A DNA stretch of 64,000 nt from Gammaproteobacteria bacterium (GTDB lineage Bacteria > Pseudomonadota > Gammaproteobacteria > Eutrophobiales > Eutrophobiaceae). Location of the stretch: NCBI GenBank assembly GCA_965222155.1, contig CBDCTH010000010.1, forward strand, positions 65,021-129,020. Direction: 5' to 3'. Position 1 is the stretch's first letter, and the number at the start of each line of letters is the position of its first letter. A model generated the notes under the pieces. That model saw only the letters and a program-made list of their open reading frames with translations, ran no database searches and was not told the DNA's origin. This document shows positions 46,934 to 57,912 of this stretch, in pieces. Made by a program: the position numbers and the translations under genes.

Positions 46934-47791
46934 ATGGTTGCCAGCATGACTGCTTTTGCGCGGCGCGAAGAATCAGGGGAATGGGGTCATGCCGCCTGGG
47001 AAATTCGTACGGTTAACCATCGTTATCTGGATATTTCGATCCGGCTGCCTGAGGAACTGCGCGCCCTGGAAACCAGTGTGAGGGAGTGTGTCTCTAAAAA
47101 GCTCAAACGCGGCAAGGTGGAATGCAACCTTCGCTACGATGCTGATTCGGCTGCCGGTGATTTTAATATCAACTCGGAGCTTGCGGAAAGGGTCATTCAT
47201 GCGGCCCGCGAACTTCATCTACAGAGCCCCCCGACTATAAATCCCTTTGACGTGTTACGCTGGCCCGGCGTCATTGATAAAAATGCGCCGGACCTGGAGC
47301 GGATCGGCAACGCCCTGATGAACCTGCTGGACAAGGCCCTCGATAACATTGTTGCTGACCGGCGCAGGGAAGGTAAAAAAATTGAGCAGATGATTGCCGG
47401 ACGATGCGATCTTTCGCTGCACCAGGTCCGGCAAATCCGAAACAGGATTCCGGAAATTATTGCCGCCACCAGGGAACGGCACCTGGCCAGGGTACAGGAA
47501 CTCGATATCGAACCGGACAGCGGCCGGCTCGAGCAGGAAATTGCCCTCTTGTCACAGAAACTGGACGTGGCTGAAGAACTGGACCGGCTGGAAACCCACA
47601 CTAACGAAGTCAGGAGCATCCTGAACGAACCGGAACCCGTCGGCAGGCGACTCGATTTTCTTATGCAGGAGATGAATCGTGAGGCCAACACGCTGGGGTC
47701 GAAATCAGCCCATATCGATACAAGCAACGCATCGATTGAACTCAAAGTACTGATCGAACAGATGCGCGAGCATATCCAGAACATAGAATGA
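46934..47791 (+). CDS. yicC: YicC/YloC family endoribonuclease
   Basis: SMTAF, VNHRYLD, EELDRL, GRRLDFLMQEMNREANTLGSKS, QMRE..QNIE. Confidence 0.95.
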   Translation: MVASMTAFARREESGEWGHAAWEIRTVNHRYLDISIRLPEELRALETSVRECVSKKLKRGKVECNLRYDADSAAGDFNINSELAERVIHAARELHLQSPPTINPFDVLRWPGVIDKNAPDLERIGNALMNLLDKALDNIVADRRREGKKIEQMIAGRCDLSLHQVRQIRNRIPEIIAATRERHLARVQELDIEPDSGRLEQEIALLSQKLDVAEELDRLETHTNEVRSILNEPEPVGRRLDFLMQEMNREANTLGSKSAHIDTSNASIELKVLIEQMREHIQNIE

Positions 47792-50235
47792 TTGAAAAGC
47801 GCCATTTGCCATCATTCCGGCAACACCTGCCATCATTCCGGCTTTACCTGTCGTCATTCCGGCTTTACCTGTCGTCATTCCGGCAACACCTGTCGTCATT
47901 CCGGCGAAAGCCGGAATCCAGTAAATTAACGTGCCGCAGGCGGCCCAGTGTTTCACTGGATTTACATCCTTTGTTCCGTCAACGGCACATCCATGTGCCA
48001 CTACTCGGCTTTCGCCGGAATGACGAAGGAAGGACATTTTCTGTCCCCAAATTATTAATTCATTTTCTGTGGCTGCTACTCATGTATGGAGCGACCTGTC
48101 AGGCAGATACGGACAAGCAAGCGTTAACCCTGGAAAGCATTTTTGCCAGCAGTGAATTTGAAAATAATCTGCCGCAAAACATTCAGTGGCATAACGACGA
48201 ACGGAGTTTCACCTTCACAAGAAAGAACCCGGAGACCGGCCTGCTTGATATCCATGAGTACGACGTTGCCGCCGGCGCCACGCGTTTAATCATTCCCGGG
48301 GACACGCTCCGATATGAAAATGAACCCGTCGGGATGAGTAACTATCAGTGGGCAGCCGACGGTCAATTTATCTTGCTGGCAGGTCCGGTTAATCTGACCT
48401 GGGACGGCAGGTACGAAGCGCCCTGTTACATCTATGATCCCGGCAATAAAGAACTCCGTCCGCTTGCCGATAATAACCCACACCTGTTTAACGTCCGCCT
48501 CTCCCCGGACGGCAGTCGCGTGGGTTACGTACTGGAAAATAATATTTACATCACCGAGTTGAGCAGCCGCTCCACCCGCGCCGTCACGACCGACGGTGAT
48601 TCCAACATATTCAACGGCTTTTTTGACTACGGCAGCAAGATGTTCTCCAGCGGGCCGGCCTGGTTCTGGTCGCCTGACGGCAGCAGGATCGCGTTCTGGC
48701 GCATGGATGTCACGGACGTGAAGGTCTATTACATGGTGGATGAACTGGGTAAGTACAATACCGTCCGACCTATGAAATACCCGAATACCGGCGAGCGTCT
48801 TGCCGTCACCCGGATAGGCGTGTTTGACCTGGGAAGCGGCCGGACAAGCTGGATGGATACCGGTGACAACCCGGATGTCTACATCCCCAGGATCACCTGG
48901 ACGAATTCCTCGGATACCCTCGCCATACAACGGCTTACCAGGGACCATAACAGGCTGACTCTTCTGCTTGCCGACACCGTCACCGGCAAATCGAAAGCGA
49001 TTGTCAATGATACAGACCCTGCATGGGTGGATATCACGAATGATTTGCTGTTTTTCAGAGACCAGGAAGCCTTCGTTTGGACCTCAGAGAAAAGCGGTTA
49101 TCGCCATGCCTACCTCTACGATTACGAGGGAAACGAAATACAGTTGACTGACGGTGACTGGGAAATCTCCGCGCTCATCGGTCTCGATGAAAGCGCGGGC
49201 TGGCTGTATTTCTACGCTAAAAAGGACTCATTTATTGACCAGCATGTCTACAGGGTCAAGCTCGACGGCTCAAACATCGAAAGGCTGACGAGCAGACCGG
49301 GCTGGCACGAATGGCAGTTTTCACCGGACCGCCAACAGGTAATTGAGACCTGGTCCAATGCCAACACACCACACAGCATGACCTTGCGCAAGGCAAATGG
49401 AGATAAAGTCCGTGTACTGGAAGCCAACAAACTCAAGGCAATGGATCAATATGCCATGCCGCACACGGAGTTTCTCAAGGTGGAAACCAGTGACGGAATA
49501 CTGATCGATGCCTATATGATCAAGCCGCTGGATTTCGATCCCGGTAAAAAATACCCGGTTATCGGTTACGGTTACGGTAACGCCGGTTCGCAGATGGTCA
49601 CCAACAGGTGGGGTACCCAGTGGCAGCGGGACCCGAAACAGGATCTCTGGCACCGCTACATGGCTGAGCAGGGTTATATCATCTTCGCCGTGGACAACCG
49701 TACCAGCGCGGGAAGAGGCAAGGCGGCTAAGAACCTGACCTACGGGCACTATGGGAAATATGCTGTTCTCGACTACCTGGAAGGCGTCAACTACCTGAAA
49801 TCACTGCCTTACATCGATGCAAGCCGGCTCGGCTTCTGGGGCTGGAGCGGCGGCGGTTACCTGGCTGCCGCGCTGATGACCAAGGGCGCGCCGCATTTCA
49901 AGACCGCCGTCAGTGTTGCGCCGGTCATCGATCTGAACCGCTACCAGGCCTTCGGTGTGGAACGCTGGATGGATACCGTTGAAAACAATCCTCAGGGTTA
50001 CTATGAAGTCAACCTGATGAACTTCGCCGACAAGCTGCAGGGCAACCTGCTGCTGATCCACGGCACGGGAGATGAAAACGTCAAATATGCATTTACGCTA
50101 CAGCTTGCCGATGCCCTGATTGCCCATAACAAACAATTCGACATGATGATCTATCCGAACCAGCATCATAACCTGGACGATGTACAGTTGCACGTATTTA
50201 CCAGGATCACCAATTATTTTCTTGAAAAGCTGTAA
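47788..50235 (+). CDS. S9B dipeptidyl peptidase IV family protein (N-terminus contains a repeat-derived insert)
   Basis: Beta-propeller WSPDG motifs, YP..G, nucleophile GWSGGG, HGTGDENV, terminal H. Confidence 0.92.
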   Translation: MIEKRHLPSFRQHLPSFRLYLSSFRLYLSSFRQHLSSFRRKPESSKLTCRRRPSVSLDLHPLFRQRHIHVPLLGFRRNDEGRTFSVPKLLIHFLWLLLMYGATCQADTDKQALTLESIFASSEFENNLPQNIQWHNDERSFTFTRKNPETGLLDIHEYDVAAGATRLIIPGDTLRYENEPVGMSNYQWAADGQFILLAGPVNLTWDGRYEAPCYIYDPGNKELRPLADNNPHLFNVRLSPDGSRVGYVLENNIYITELSSRSTRAVTTDGDSNIFNGFFDYGSKMFSSGPAWFWSPDGSRIAFWRMDVTDVKVYYMVDELGKYNTVRPMKYPNTGERLAVTRIGVFDLGSGRTSWMDTGDNPDVYIPRITWTNSSDTLAIQRLTRDHNRLTLLLADTVTGKSKAIVNDTDPAWVDITNDLLFFRDQEAFVWTSEKSGYRHAYLYDYEGNEIQLTDGDWEISALIGLDESAGWLYFYAKKDSFIDQHVYRVKLDGSNIERLTSRPGWHEWQFSPDRQQVIETWSNANTPHSMTLRKANGDKVRVLEANKLKAMDQYAMPHTEFLKVETSDGILIDAYMIKPLDFDPGKKYPVIGYGYGNAGSQMVTNRWGTQWQRDPKQDLWHRYMAEQGYIIFAVDNRTSAGRGKAAKNLTYGHYGKYAVLDYLEGVNYLKSLPYIDASRLGFWGWSGGGYLAAALMTKGAPHFKTAVSVAPVIDLNRYQAFGVERWMDTVENNPQGYYEVNLMNFADKLQGNLLLIHGTGDENVKYAFTLQLADALIAHNKQFDMMIYPNQHHNLDDVQLHVFTRITNYFLEKL
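47807..48026. repeat. REP-like element with 21-bp tandem amplification of its left end
   Basis: 4 x TG(C/T)C(A/G)TCATTCCGGC(AAC/TTT)ACC, then GTCATTCCGGCGAAAGCCGGAATCCAGT ... CGGCTTTCGCCGGAATGACGA. Confidence 0.9.
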
Positions 50236-50250
50236 GCAGCGCGTAACCTG

Positions 50251-50544
50251 CTAAATTACAGGTTGAAAGGTCAATTTGAAGCCAAGCGCTTTAGCCACTT
50301 TTGTCACGGTAGCAAACGTCGGGTTCCCATCATCTGACAACGCTTTATACAAACCCTCCCGAGTCAGACCCGTATCCCTTGCCAACTGACTCATGTTGCG
50401 TACGCGGGCCACGACACCCAATGCATGAACAATAAATGCCGGATTATCCTCTGCTTCTTCAAGGCAGGCTTCCAGGTAAAGTTGGATATCTTCATCAGTT
50501 TTGAGGTATTCTGCTGAATCCCAGCGGGTTGTAATGAGCGCCAC
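50251..50544 (-). CDS. Addiction module antidote protein (Xre HTH), with no toxin partner seen
   Basis: WDSAEYL, ALG.VAR...MSQLA.DTGL.REGLYKALS..GNP.F.T. Confidence 0.88.
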   Translation of the reverse strand: MALITTRWDSAEYLKTDEDIQLYLEACLEEAEDNPAFIVHALGVVARVRNMSQLARDTGLTREGLYKALSDDGNPTFATVTKVAKALGFKLTFQPVI

Positions 50545-50808
50545 TACTCAGTTCTCCATTTTATCAGCTAATTCTTTTTATCATTTATCAACGGTGCGAA
50601 CTAGGTGTATTAGCCTATGGCAGTTTTATTGTCAACAAGCCAGTTGACAACTCAAGTTTCGAAACTCAAATTCCTCCGATTCCTTAAGGCGATTCAGCAT
50701 CAAGAAATGGGTTTTAATCCCTTATCTACTATCAGTTAGGAGAGCACTTGCAACCAGCCAAAGTACGTGTTTAGATACCAGGCATGAGTGCAAGTGAAGA
50801 GAATTTAG

Positions 50809-53487
50809 ATGTTGAGTATTGCCGAATTTGAGCAGGAATTGCATCGTCGGTCAAAGTCTCTCTACGGTCAATGGTATGCTGTTGACCTGCATAATCACTC
50901 ACCGGTAAGTCACGACTACAAAGGCGACCGAAAAGCCGCATTACATGAAGCTATTGAGCACTTGCAGCAGACATCAGTGGACATCGTGATGTTTACTGAT
51001 CACGAGAAGTTACCGGACCGACAGTTCACTGAAGAGTTGGGGCGACATAGCGGAAAAACAGTGCTGCGTGGAGCTGAGTTGAACATGTTCGTTGACGCCT
51101 GGGCCAAACCCTCCAATAAAATTGAGAAGAATATTTTTTTTCATCTCCTTGTCGGATTCGACCCGGAAGGTCAACAAGACCCAGATTATTGGTTCACTCA
51201 TTTACACAAGGAATGTTCCAATGAATTACGAGATACTGGCGGCACAAAAGTCCGAGGTTTCACCGCTTCGGTTGATAACGTATGTGAAGTATTACATGAA
51301 GCCGGAGCAATTATCATTCCAGCACACCTTAATACTACAAAAGACCCTTTCAAAAGCCGTAGCATCGATGACATTTACACAGACTCTGAGTTTCTTCGTC
51401 TTGCTCGTAAATGGTTTACTGCACTAGAGGTTACTGCTTTAAATACTGCTGGCTTCTTTGACGGCCAACATGAGGAAACAGGAAATCTTGAGAAAGTTTG
51501 CATTCGATCTAGCGATGCGCACGTCGTGGCTTCTATTGGAAACCGCGTTACCTATGTGCAAATGGAGCACCCTACCTTTGCTGAACTAAAGGCTGGCCTC
51601 CAAATGCCGTTTCGTGTATCTCTGATCCCACCTACTGAGCCTGAAAGTTTCATTCTAGGGATCAATATTCAGGGCCAGTTCTTCACCGATTTCTGGCTTT
51701 CCCTATCACCACATTGCAACGCCTTTATTGGAGTGAAGGGTTCTGGCAAAACATCCGTCCTAGAGTGCTTGCGTTTTGCACTTGGTGCTCCGGTCCCGGA
51801 ATCACGTCAAGAAGAAGTTAAATCCCATCTTCACAATATTCTTGGTCCAGCCGGGGTAGTACGCGTTCTGATCAAGCGTAATGATGGAGCGAAGGTTCTA
51901 GTAGAGCGAACTGCCAACAACCCTCAGGAGTTCCGGCTTACGTTTGAGGATGGCAGAGAAACGAGTGTTCAAACCTCTGCCGCTTTGATGTTTTCGTCCT
52001 ACATCTTGGGCTGGCATGAGATTGAGCAGGCCGCAACAGATCCGAATATACGACAAGTTTACCTGGACACAATTGCGGGCCAGGAGAAAATTCATCAACT
52101 ACAAGAACAGGCTGACAGCAATGCCAACCAAGTCCAATATTTGCATGGCCAACTGAGTAGTCGCTACTCAACTTTCTGTTCTCTTCACCAGCAGATAGCT
52201 CGTCTTGAAGACTTACGTTCGGGCCTACAAGAACTTACAGAGTCAAATTTGATTGCGCTACGTGATTCCTACGAAGTGGCGGTCCGGCAGCGTGAAGCGA
52301 TTATGGAACTTAAACAAAAACTACGTGATGCCGCCACTAATATGGACACTCGCGCTGAAACTTTCTTTGTGAGAGTTGAAGCAAGTACATTTGAAGGTGA
52401 GTCACCACTTACCGAATTTGCTCAGATTGCCACAGAAGCGCTAACAAAATTCAAATCCGATGTGAATATTTTTGCTGATGAGCACCGGACACGACTACAG
52501 AATCTAGCGAACGAGCTAGACGCGAAATCACCTGAGATTGAAAATGCCTTCTCCTCGTTTGCACAAACTTATGCTGCTTCTCTGGAGAAATTACCTCCTG
52601 ATAAACGAAGACTACTCGAGTCTCATCGTCAAGTCATGGATGATACTCGCGCCCTTTCGCGACTGCGAGCTGAGATGGCAACGGAGAAAGTGGAGATCGA
52701 CAAGCTTCTCGTTTCTTTGATCGGAGTCTGCAATAAAGTAGCGGATGCCCTTGATGAACAAACGCGATTACGGGAAGATAAAGTTAATAAGATTAACATC
52801 GAGCTATTAAAATTCGGCGTTAACCTACAGGTGGCACCGCTCGCCCGACGTAGTGTGTTCGAGGATCTTTCTAACCGCTTTGCCAAAGGTGCAGATATAT
52901 TCAACAATCTCAATTCTTTTGCATCTGATGTTGATCGCCATCATCGACGCTTAGCGCGCGCATATGAAAGCCTTAGAGATGACCTCCTTAAAGGGTTCTC
53001 ACTATTCCTGAACTCTCCAGAGTTCACAAACTATTTGGGAGCGTTTGAGAAAGACGACCTACATATCTCATTTGATGCCGATAAACCCGGTGAAAAATAT
53101 ACCCCGATCGATCAACTGTCCGCTGGCCAGCGCTGTACTGCGGTTTTCCCTCTTCTTCTGAAAATGCGAGAAGGTCCTCTTATTGTGGATCAGCCGGAGG
53201 ATAATCTTGATAATCGGCATATCGCGAGCGTCGTCGCACCAGCGTTACTGAACGACAAAAGAACACGTCAGATTGCCTTCACATCACACAATGCCAACCT
53301 TGTGGTGCTTACTGATGCCGAACAGATCGCTATGTTTGAAGCCAGCGGGTCAAAAGGCAAGGTACATGCCCGCGGCTTTCTATGTACCAGCCAGTCAACG
53401 ATTACGCCCAAGGTCATTGACATGCTGGACGGTGGAGAACACGCTTTAAAATTACGGTACCAAAAATATGGAATCATGGAAAGCTAA
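50809..53487 (+). CDS. Second PHP-domain + ABC/SMC-type ATPase (Ppl/TrlF-like)
   Basis: DLHNHSP.S.D, FTDH, GAE, PAH, SSDAH; GVKGSGKT; LSAGQ; DQPEDNLDN; TSHN. Confidence 0.88.
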   Translation: MLSIAEFEQELHRRSKSLYGQWYAVDLHNHSPVSHDYKGDRKAALHEAIEHLQQTSVDIVMFTDHEKLPDRQFTEELGRHSGKTVLRGAELNMFVDAWAKPSNKIEKNIFFHLLVGFDPEGQQDPDYWFTHLHKECSNELRDTGGTKVRGFTASVDNVCEVLHEAGAIIIPAHLNTTKDPFKSRSIDDIYTDSEFLRLARKWFTALEVTALNTAGFFDGQHEETGNLEKVCIRSSDAHVVASIGNRVTYVQMEHPTFAELKAGLQMPFRVSLIPPTEPESFILGINIQGQFFTDFWLSLSPHCNAFIGVKGSGKTSVLECLRFALGAPVPESRQEEVKSHLHNILGPAGVVRVLIKRNDGAKVLVERTANNPQEFRLTFEDGRETSVQTSAALMFSSYILGWHEIEQAATDPNIRQVYLDTIAGQEKIHQLQEQADSNANQVQYLHGQLSSRYSTFCSLHQQIARLEDLRSGLQELTESNLIALRDSYEVAVRQREAIMELKQKLRDAATNMDTRAETFFVRVEASTFEGESPLTEFAQIATEALTKFKSDVNIFADEHRTRLQNLANELDAKSPEIENAFSSFAQTYAASLEKLPPDKRRLLESHRQVMDDTRALSRLRAEMATEKVEIDKLLVSLIGVCNKVADALDEQTRLREDKVNKINIELLKFGVNLQVAPLARRSVFEDLSNRFAKGADIFNNLNSFASDVDRHHRRLARAYESLRDDLLKGFSLFLNSPEFTNYLGAFEKDDLHISFDADKPGEKYTPIDQLSAGQRCTAVFPLLLKMREGPLIVDQPEDNLDNRHIASVVAPALLNDKRTRQIAFTSHNANLVVLTDAEQIAMFEASGSKGKVHARGFLCTSQSTITPKVIDMLDGGEHALKLRYQKYGIMES

Positions 53488-53578
53488 CAAACGCTTTTAC
53501 TATACGATTGAGCGCCTTCGATTTTCTATTATCTTGCCTTATGCTGAAGCTACTTCCCGGAAGCTACTGAGACCAGCT

Positions 53579-54435
53579 TGCGTATTTCACAGCAAAGCTG
53601 CCACCCATTACACGGCAAAGCTGCCACCCCCAAGGAGGTAGATAACCGGCGCGTTTGACGTGGATAACCAAGGGTATCCTGTGTCCTTATTTCTTGAAAA
53701 GGAAACACAGATTCTCACTATGCTCCTGAGGACTCTCCAGAGTTCACAAACTATTTCGGGGTTGAAAGCGTTTGCAGATGGCAAGACGACCTACATATCT
53801 CATTTGATGCCGATAAACCCGGTGAAAAATATACCCGTGGATCGATCAACTGTCCGCTGGCCAGCGCTGTACTGCGGTTTTCCCTCTTCTTCTGAAAATG
53901 CGAGAAGGTCCTCTTATTACAGGTGGTAGAGCGCTGGATCCTGCCCTGCGCCATCAGTGCTTCTCCCTGGCCGAGTTGAACCGCGCCATCCGGGCGTTGC
54001 TGGAGGATAATCTTGATAATCGGCATATCGCGAGCGTCGTCGCACCAGCGTTACTGAACGACAAAAGAACACAGTCAGATTGCCTTCACATCACACAATG
54101 CCAACCTTGTGGTGCTTGCCCGCAAGCACCCCCAGCACTACCGTTGCTTAGGGATGCCGAACAGATCGCTATGTTTGAAGCCAGCGGGTCAAAAGGCAAG
54201 GTACATGCCCGCGGCTTTCTATGTACCAGCCAGTCAACGATTACGCCCAAGGTCATTGACATGCTGGACGGTGGAGAACACGCCACCTGCCTTTAAAATT
54301 ACGGTACCAAAAATATGGAATCATGGAAAGCTAACAAACGCTTTTACTATACGATTGAGCGCCTTCGATTTTCTATTATCTTGCCTTATGCTGAAGCCCG
54401 GCCAATACTTCCCGGAAGCTACTGAGACCAGCTTC
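53579..54435 (+). other. Mosaic of IS21-family fragments and a corrupted duplicate of ~53010-53578
   Basis: IS21-like left end TGCGTATTTCAC with tandem GCAAAGCTGCCACCC; IstA-like FSLAELNRAIRALLE spliced into a repeat of the ATPase 3' end, with many 1-bp indels. Confidence 0.7.
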
Positions 54436-55869
54436 TAGATTTTCGATGATCTCATCGGCAAGCTCATCCGGTTCGGGGAGATTTTCGAGGTCTGTCAGAC
54501 TTTTATCTTTTAGCCAGAATATATCCAGGCTTGTCTTGTCGCGGGTGATCAGTTCTTCATAGTTGAATTTGCGCCAGCGTCCATCGGGATTTTTCTCAGC
54601 ATTCCATGTAGCTTTGCGTTCATGCCGATTCATCGAGTTATAACAGGCAATAAACTCCGCAAGGTCTTCGTAGCGCATCGTCTTTTTCTTGAGCGTGTGA
54701 TGCACATTGGTGCGGTAATCGTAATACCAGACTTCTCTGGTCCATGGGTTTGGACTCGCCTCACGGTTATCAAAGAATATGACATTGGCCTTCACGCCAG
54801 GCTTATAAAAGATACCGGTCGGTAGACGTAGGATCGTATGAAGGTCGGTATTCTCCAGAAGTTTCCGCCGAATAGTTTCTCCTGCTCCGCCTTCGAATAA
54901 AACATTGTCCGGGACGACAACGGCAGCCTTGCCGGTCGTCTTGAGCATTGTGCGGATGTGCTGCACAAAATTGAGTTGCTTGTTCGAGGTTGTGGCCCAA
55001 AAGTCCTGGCGATTATAGGTCAAGTCGTCGGTTTCTTGCTCAGCCTCTTCATTGGTAAAGCTCATGCTACTCTTCTTGCCGAATGGCGGATTGGCGAGCA
55101 CGTAGTCGTAGGTCATTGCACTCGACGCGACGAGGGCATCGTTCGGAGAAATCGAAACCCCACCATCGATCTCGCCGATATTATGCAAAAACATATTCAT
55201 CAGGCAGAGACGGCGGGTGTTAGCCACAATTTCATTGCCGTGAAAGGTTTCGTGCTTCGGAAACTCCTTCTGCTTTCTGTCCAGCCGGTAATGATCCGGG
55301 TCAGTGATGAAGTCATAGGCGGAAAGAAAAAATCCACCGGTGCCACAGGCCGGGTCGTCGATGGTCTTTTCCGGCTCCGGGCGTACACATTCGACCATCG
55401 CGCGGATCAGTGCACGCGGCGTGAAATACTGCCCCGCACCAGACTTGGTATCCTCGGCGTTCTTCTCCAATAAGCCTTCATAGATATCGCCTTTAATATC
55501 TGCGCCCATTGAAACCCATTGCACGTCATCAACCATGTCTATCAGCCGGAAAAGCTTGGCCGGGTCCTGAATCTTGTTCTGCGCCTTGGTGAATATCTGC
55601 CCAAGCATCCCTTGCATCTGACCGAGTTCGCGCAGCGATTCGATGTAATCACCTTCCAGTTCCACCCCGCGTTTGCTCTTCAGGTTCTGCCAGTTGTACT
55701 CGTCAGGAATACCAACATCACGGCTATATGGTAGCTTGGCATACTCGTCAGCCATTTTCAAAAAAATCAAGTAGGTGAGTTGCTCCAGATAGCCACCATA
55801 ACTGACGCCGTCATCCCGTAGTGTTGTACAAAAACTCCAGACCTTGGATATGATGGGGGCGCTATTCAT
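54376..55869 (-). CDS. hsdM: Type I R-M methyltransferase subunit
   Basis: GQYFTPR, DPACGTGGF, NPPF (m6A-type motif IV), LRLPTGIFY. Confidence 0.95.
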   Translation of the reverse strand: MNSAPIISKVWSFCTTLRDDGVSYGGYLEQLTYLIFLKMADEYAKLPYSRDVGIPDEYNWQNLKSKRGVELEGDYIESLRELGQMQGMLGQIFTKAQNKIQDPAKLFRLIDMVDDVQWVSMGADIKGDIYEGLLEKNAEDTKSGAGQYFTPRALIRAMVECVRPEPEKTIDDPACGTGGFFLSAYDFITDPDHYRLDRKQKEFPKHETFHGNEIVANTRRLCLMNMFLHNIGEIDGGVSISPNDALVASSAMTYDYVLANPPFGKKSSMSFTNEEAEQETDDLTYNRQDFWATTSNKQLNFVQHIRTMLKTTGKAAVVVPDNVLFEGGAGETIRRKLLENTDLHTILRLPTGIFYKPGVKANVIFFDNREASPNPWTREVWYYDYRTNVHHTLKKKTMRYEDLAEFIACYNSMNRHERKATWNAEKNPDGRWRKFNYEELITRDKTSLDIFWLKDKSLTDLENLPEPDELADEIIENLEAGLSSFREVLAGLQHKAR

Positions 55870-57424
55870 ACTGCATCTTGTCCGGGTTTCGCCGTCTCTT
55901 TTTTACGATTGGCGATTTTTTGTTCAACATTCTCTGACCTTATACGTTCCAGCAGTTTTGATGCTGGTTCATCGGTTGGTTCCTGAGCTAAAAACCGTCC
56001 GAGAAGGCCATCTTAAGAATAGATTGCCTGAGAGTGCCAGATTTAACCAGATCGGAATCAATGCCCTCGAACAATTTATCCGTGAGAGAAAGTTTCTCAT
56101 CAAGGATGCGGACAATTTCCTGTTGTTCAGCTAACGAACAATATGGGAAGGGATAACCTTTCAGCTTCTCTCCATTGATATTGGATTGATTGACACCATC
56201 CGTCTTGACAGAACTTCCATACTGTTTTGCTAAATGAGAATTGAGGAACAGATTCAAATACTGGCTATCAACTATATTCTGAATGTGGTTTACACGAATA
56301 AGGTAGCCTGCAAATAGAGCAGGCCGTTCCCCACGATAGATAGCCGTCTTCCCGACAAGCTCCGGGCTATTGGTACGATTGAATAAAACGTCACCGGCAG
56401 CTAAGGAGTATTTTTCAATTTCTTTAGCATCGGATGTGAAAACAAGCTCGTCCCAATCAATCACCCCATCCCGAAGATTGCCCATACGTATCACAGGCAT
56501 TGTTCCCGACTTCCACGACTTAGCAGCTGTGCCGTATTCGACACCGCACGTCATCCATGCAACTTTTCCCCAAGTCCAACAATCAGGAAGATCAGGCAAG
56601 ACAGCGCGAACATCATCTTGCAATTGGGCCAATGGCTCTAGTTTGCGCGGCTTACTCGGCTTCTTACCCTTCTTGCCTGCCGCCTCCCAGGTCTTGATTG
56701 CAATGTTCCATTCTTCGATCTGTTGCTGGTAACGCCTGTCACGATCAATTCTGATCCGTGTGAGTAGTTGTTCGGGAGTTTCCAGCTTGTGCTTATTCGC
56801 TTCCCGCCACTGCTCCGTTAGTTTACCCTCGAAGGCGTGTTTCAGGACAGCTTGGCGATATACCTTGAGTTGCTCACGGGCAATTTTGAGGCTTTCGATG
56901 CCTTTGTCTACCGCAGAAAAAAGTTCCTCGATCTTGACAACGATGCGAGACTGTTCGTTTATTGGCGCTACCGGAATTTTAATTGCTTTTGCACGAGAGA
57001 GCGGAAGGGAGGGCATGTTGGTAGCATGAGCTAGCGTCGCAAAATCGACCAATTTAAGAAAGTAGAATATCCACTTTGTTTCTATACCCTTGAATGATAT
57101 TGCTGCTGCAATATGACTTACAACATAGCTATCTTTTGCAAGAATTACTCTCTGATTCAGGAGCGTCGAAGCACCACTTTTGGTAAATAGAATACTGCCC
57201 GAAGGGAATAGACGTAGCTTTCTAGCAGCCTTGTCGTTAATCAAGTCGCGTGTCGTCTTTAGGAGGATTTTATCGCTATTTTCTCCCATATCTCGCACCC
57301 GAACAAAATTATATTCACCACCGTAAAAATATTCTTTTCCCTGTGGTGCGGGATTACCAGCGACAACCGTAGCTACTTGATCAAGGCGTGCATAGACCCA
57401 GCTTTTGGGTAGTTCTTCTCTCAT
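55866..57424 (-). pseudogene. hsdS: Type I R-M specificity subunit, frameshifted near the C-terminus
   Basis: Two TRDs with PI.EQ.RIV and L.EQ.EIV helices. The ORF stops at 55988, but the conserved tail (G...Q...DEPASKLLERI) continues in another frame to a TGA overlapping the hsdM ATG. Confidence 0.85.
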
Positions 57425-57912
57425 GTTATGCCGCCAACGCCTCATTCAATTCGCCGATCACTTTATCCATCTGATCGCCGAAAAGCTGGTGCATCCGCCC
57501 CAAGCCGCCTCGGGCATTGAATGGCGCCATCTCAAAGTCATCACACTCAATATGAAATGACGTGATGATGTGTTCGCGGATCATCCGTAGCCAGTCCATT
57601 TGCTCTTCGTCGAATTTCACGTCGCCGCCGCTATGACGTTTCATGATCCAGCTCTGGAAGTTTTTTCTCACCGTTTCTGAATAGGTAGAAAGCGTCTCAT
57701 CGATCCCACAGACTCTCCTGATCAACGCAACTAGGGCTGTCAATTCAGTCGCGGGGTCATTCCCCTTGTACTCATCAAGAAGAACATAGGCACGCCAAAC
57801 CCGAAGCGGCGCTAGTAGCGGCTTGTCCTCTTTAAGTTTATCCAAAACCTCCCGGATCATTGCGTAGGTCAATTCGCTTCGGCGATGTGGCTGGCTATAG
57901 AAGATGGTTAGC

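Noticed and set aside
47807-47922. 21-bp tandem repeats as a CRISPR array
   Set aside because: Units abut with no unique spacers, they are amplified REP ends, and there are no cas genes in the window.
53660-54438. ORFs 53660-53929, 53898-54296 and 54109-54438 as real genes
   Set aside because: They are chimeric translations of the IS21/ATPase mosaic.
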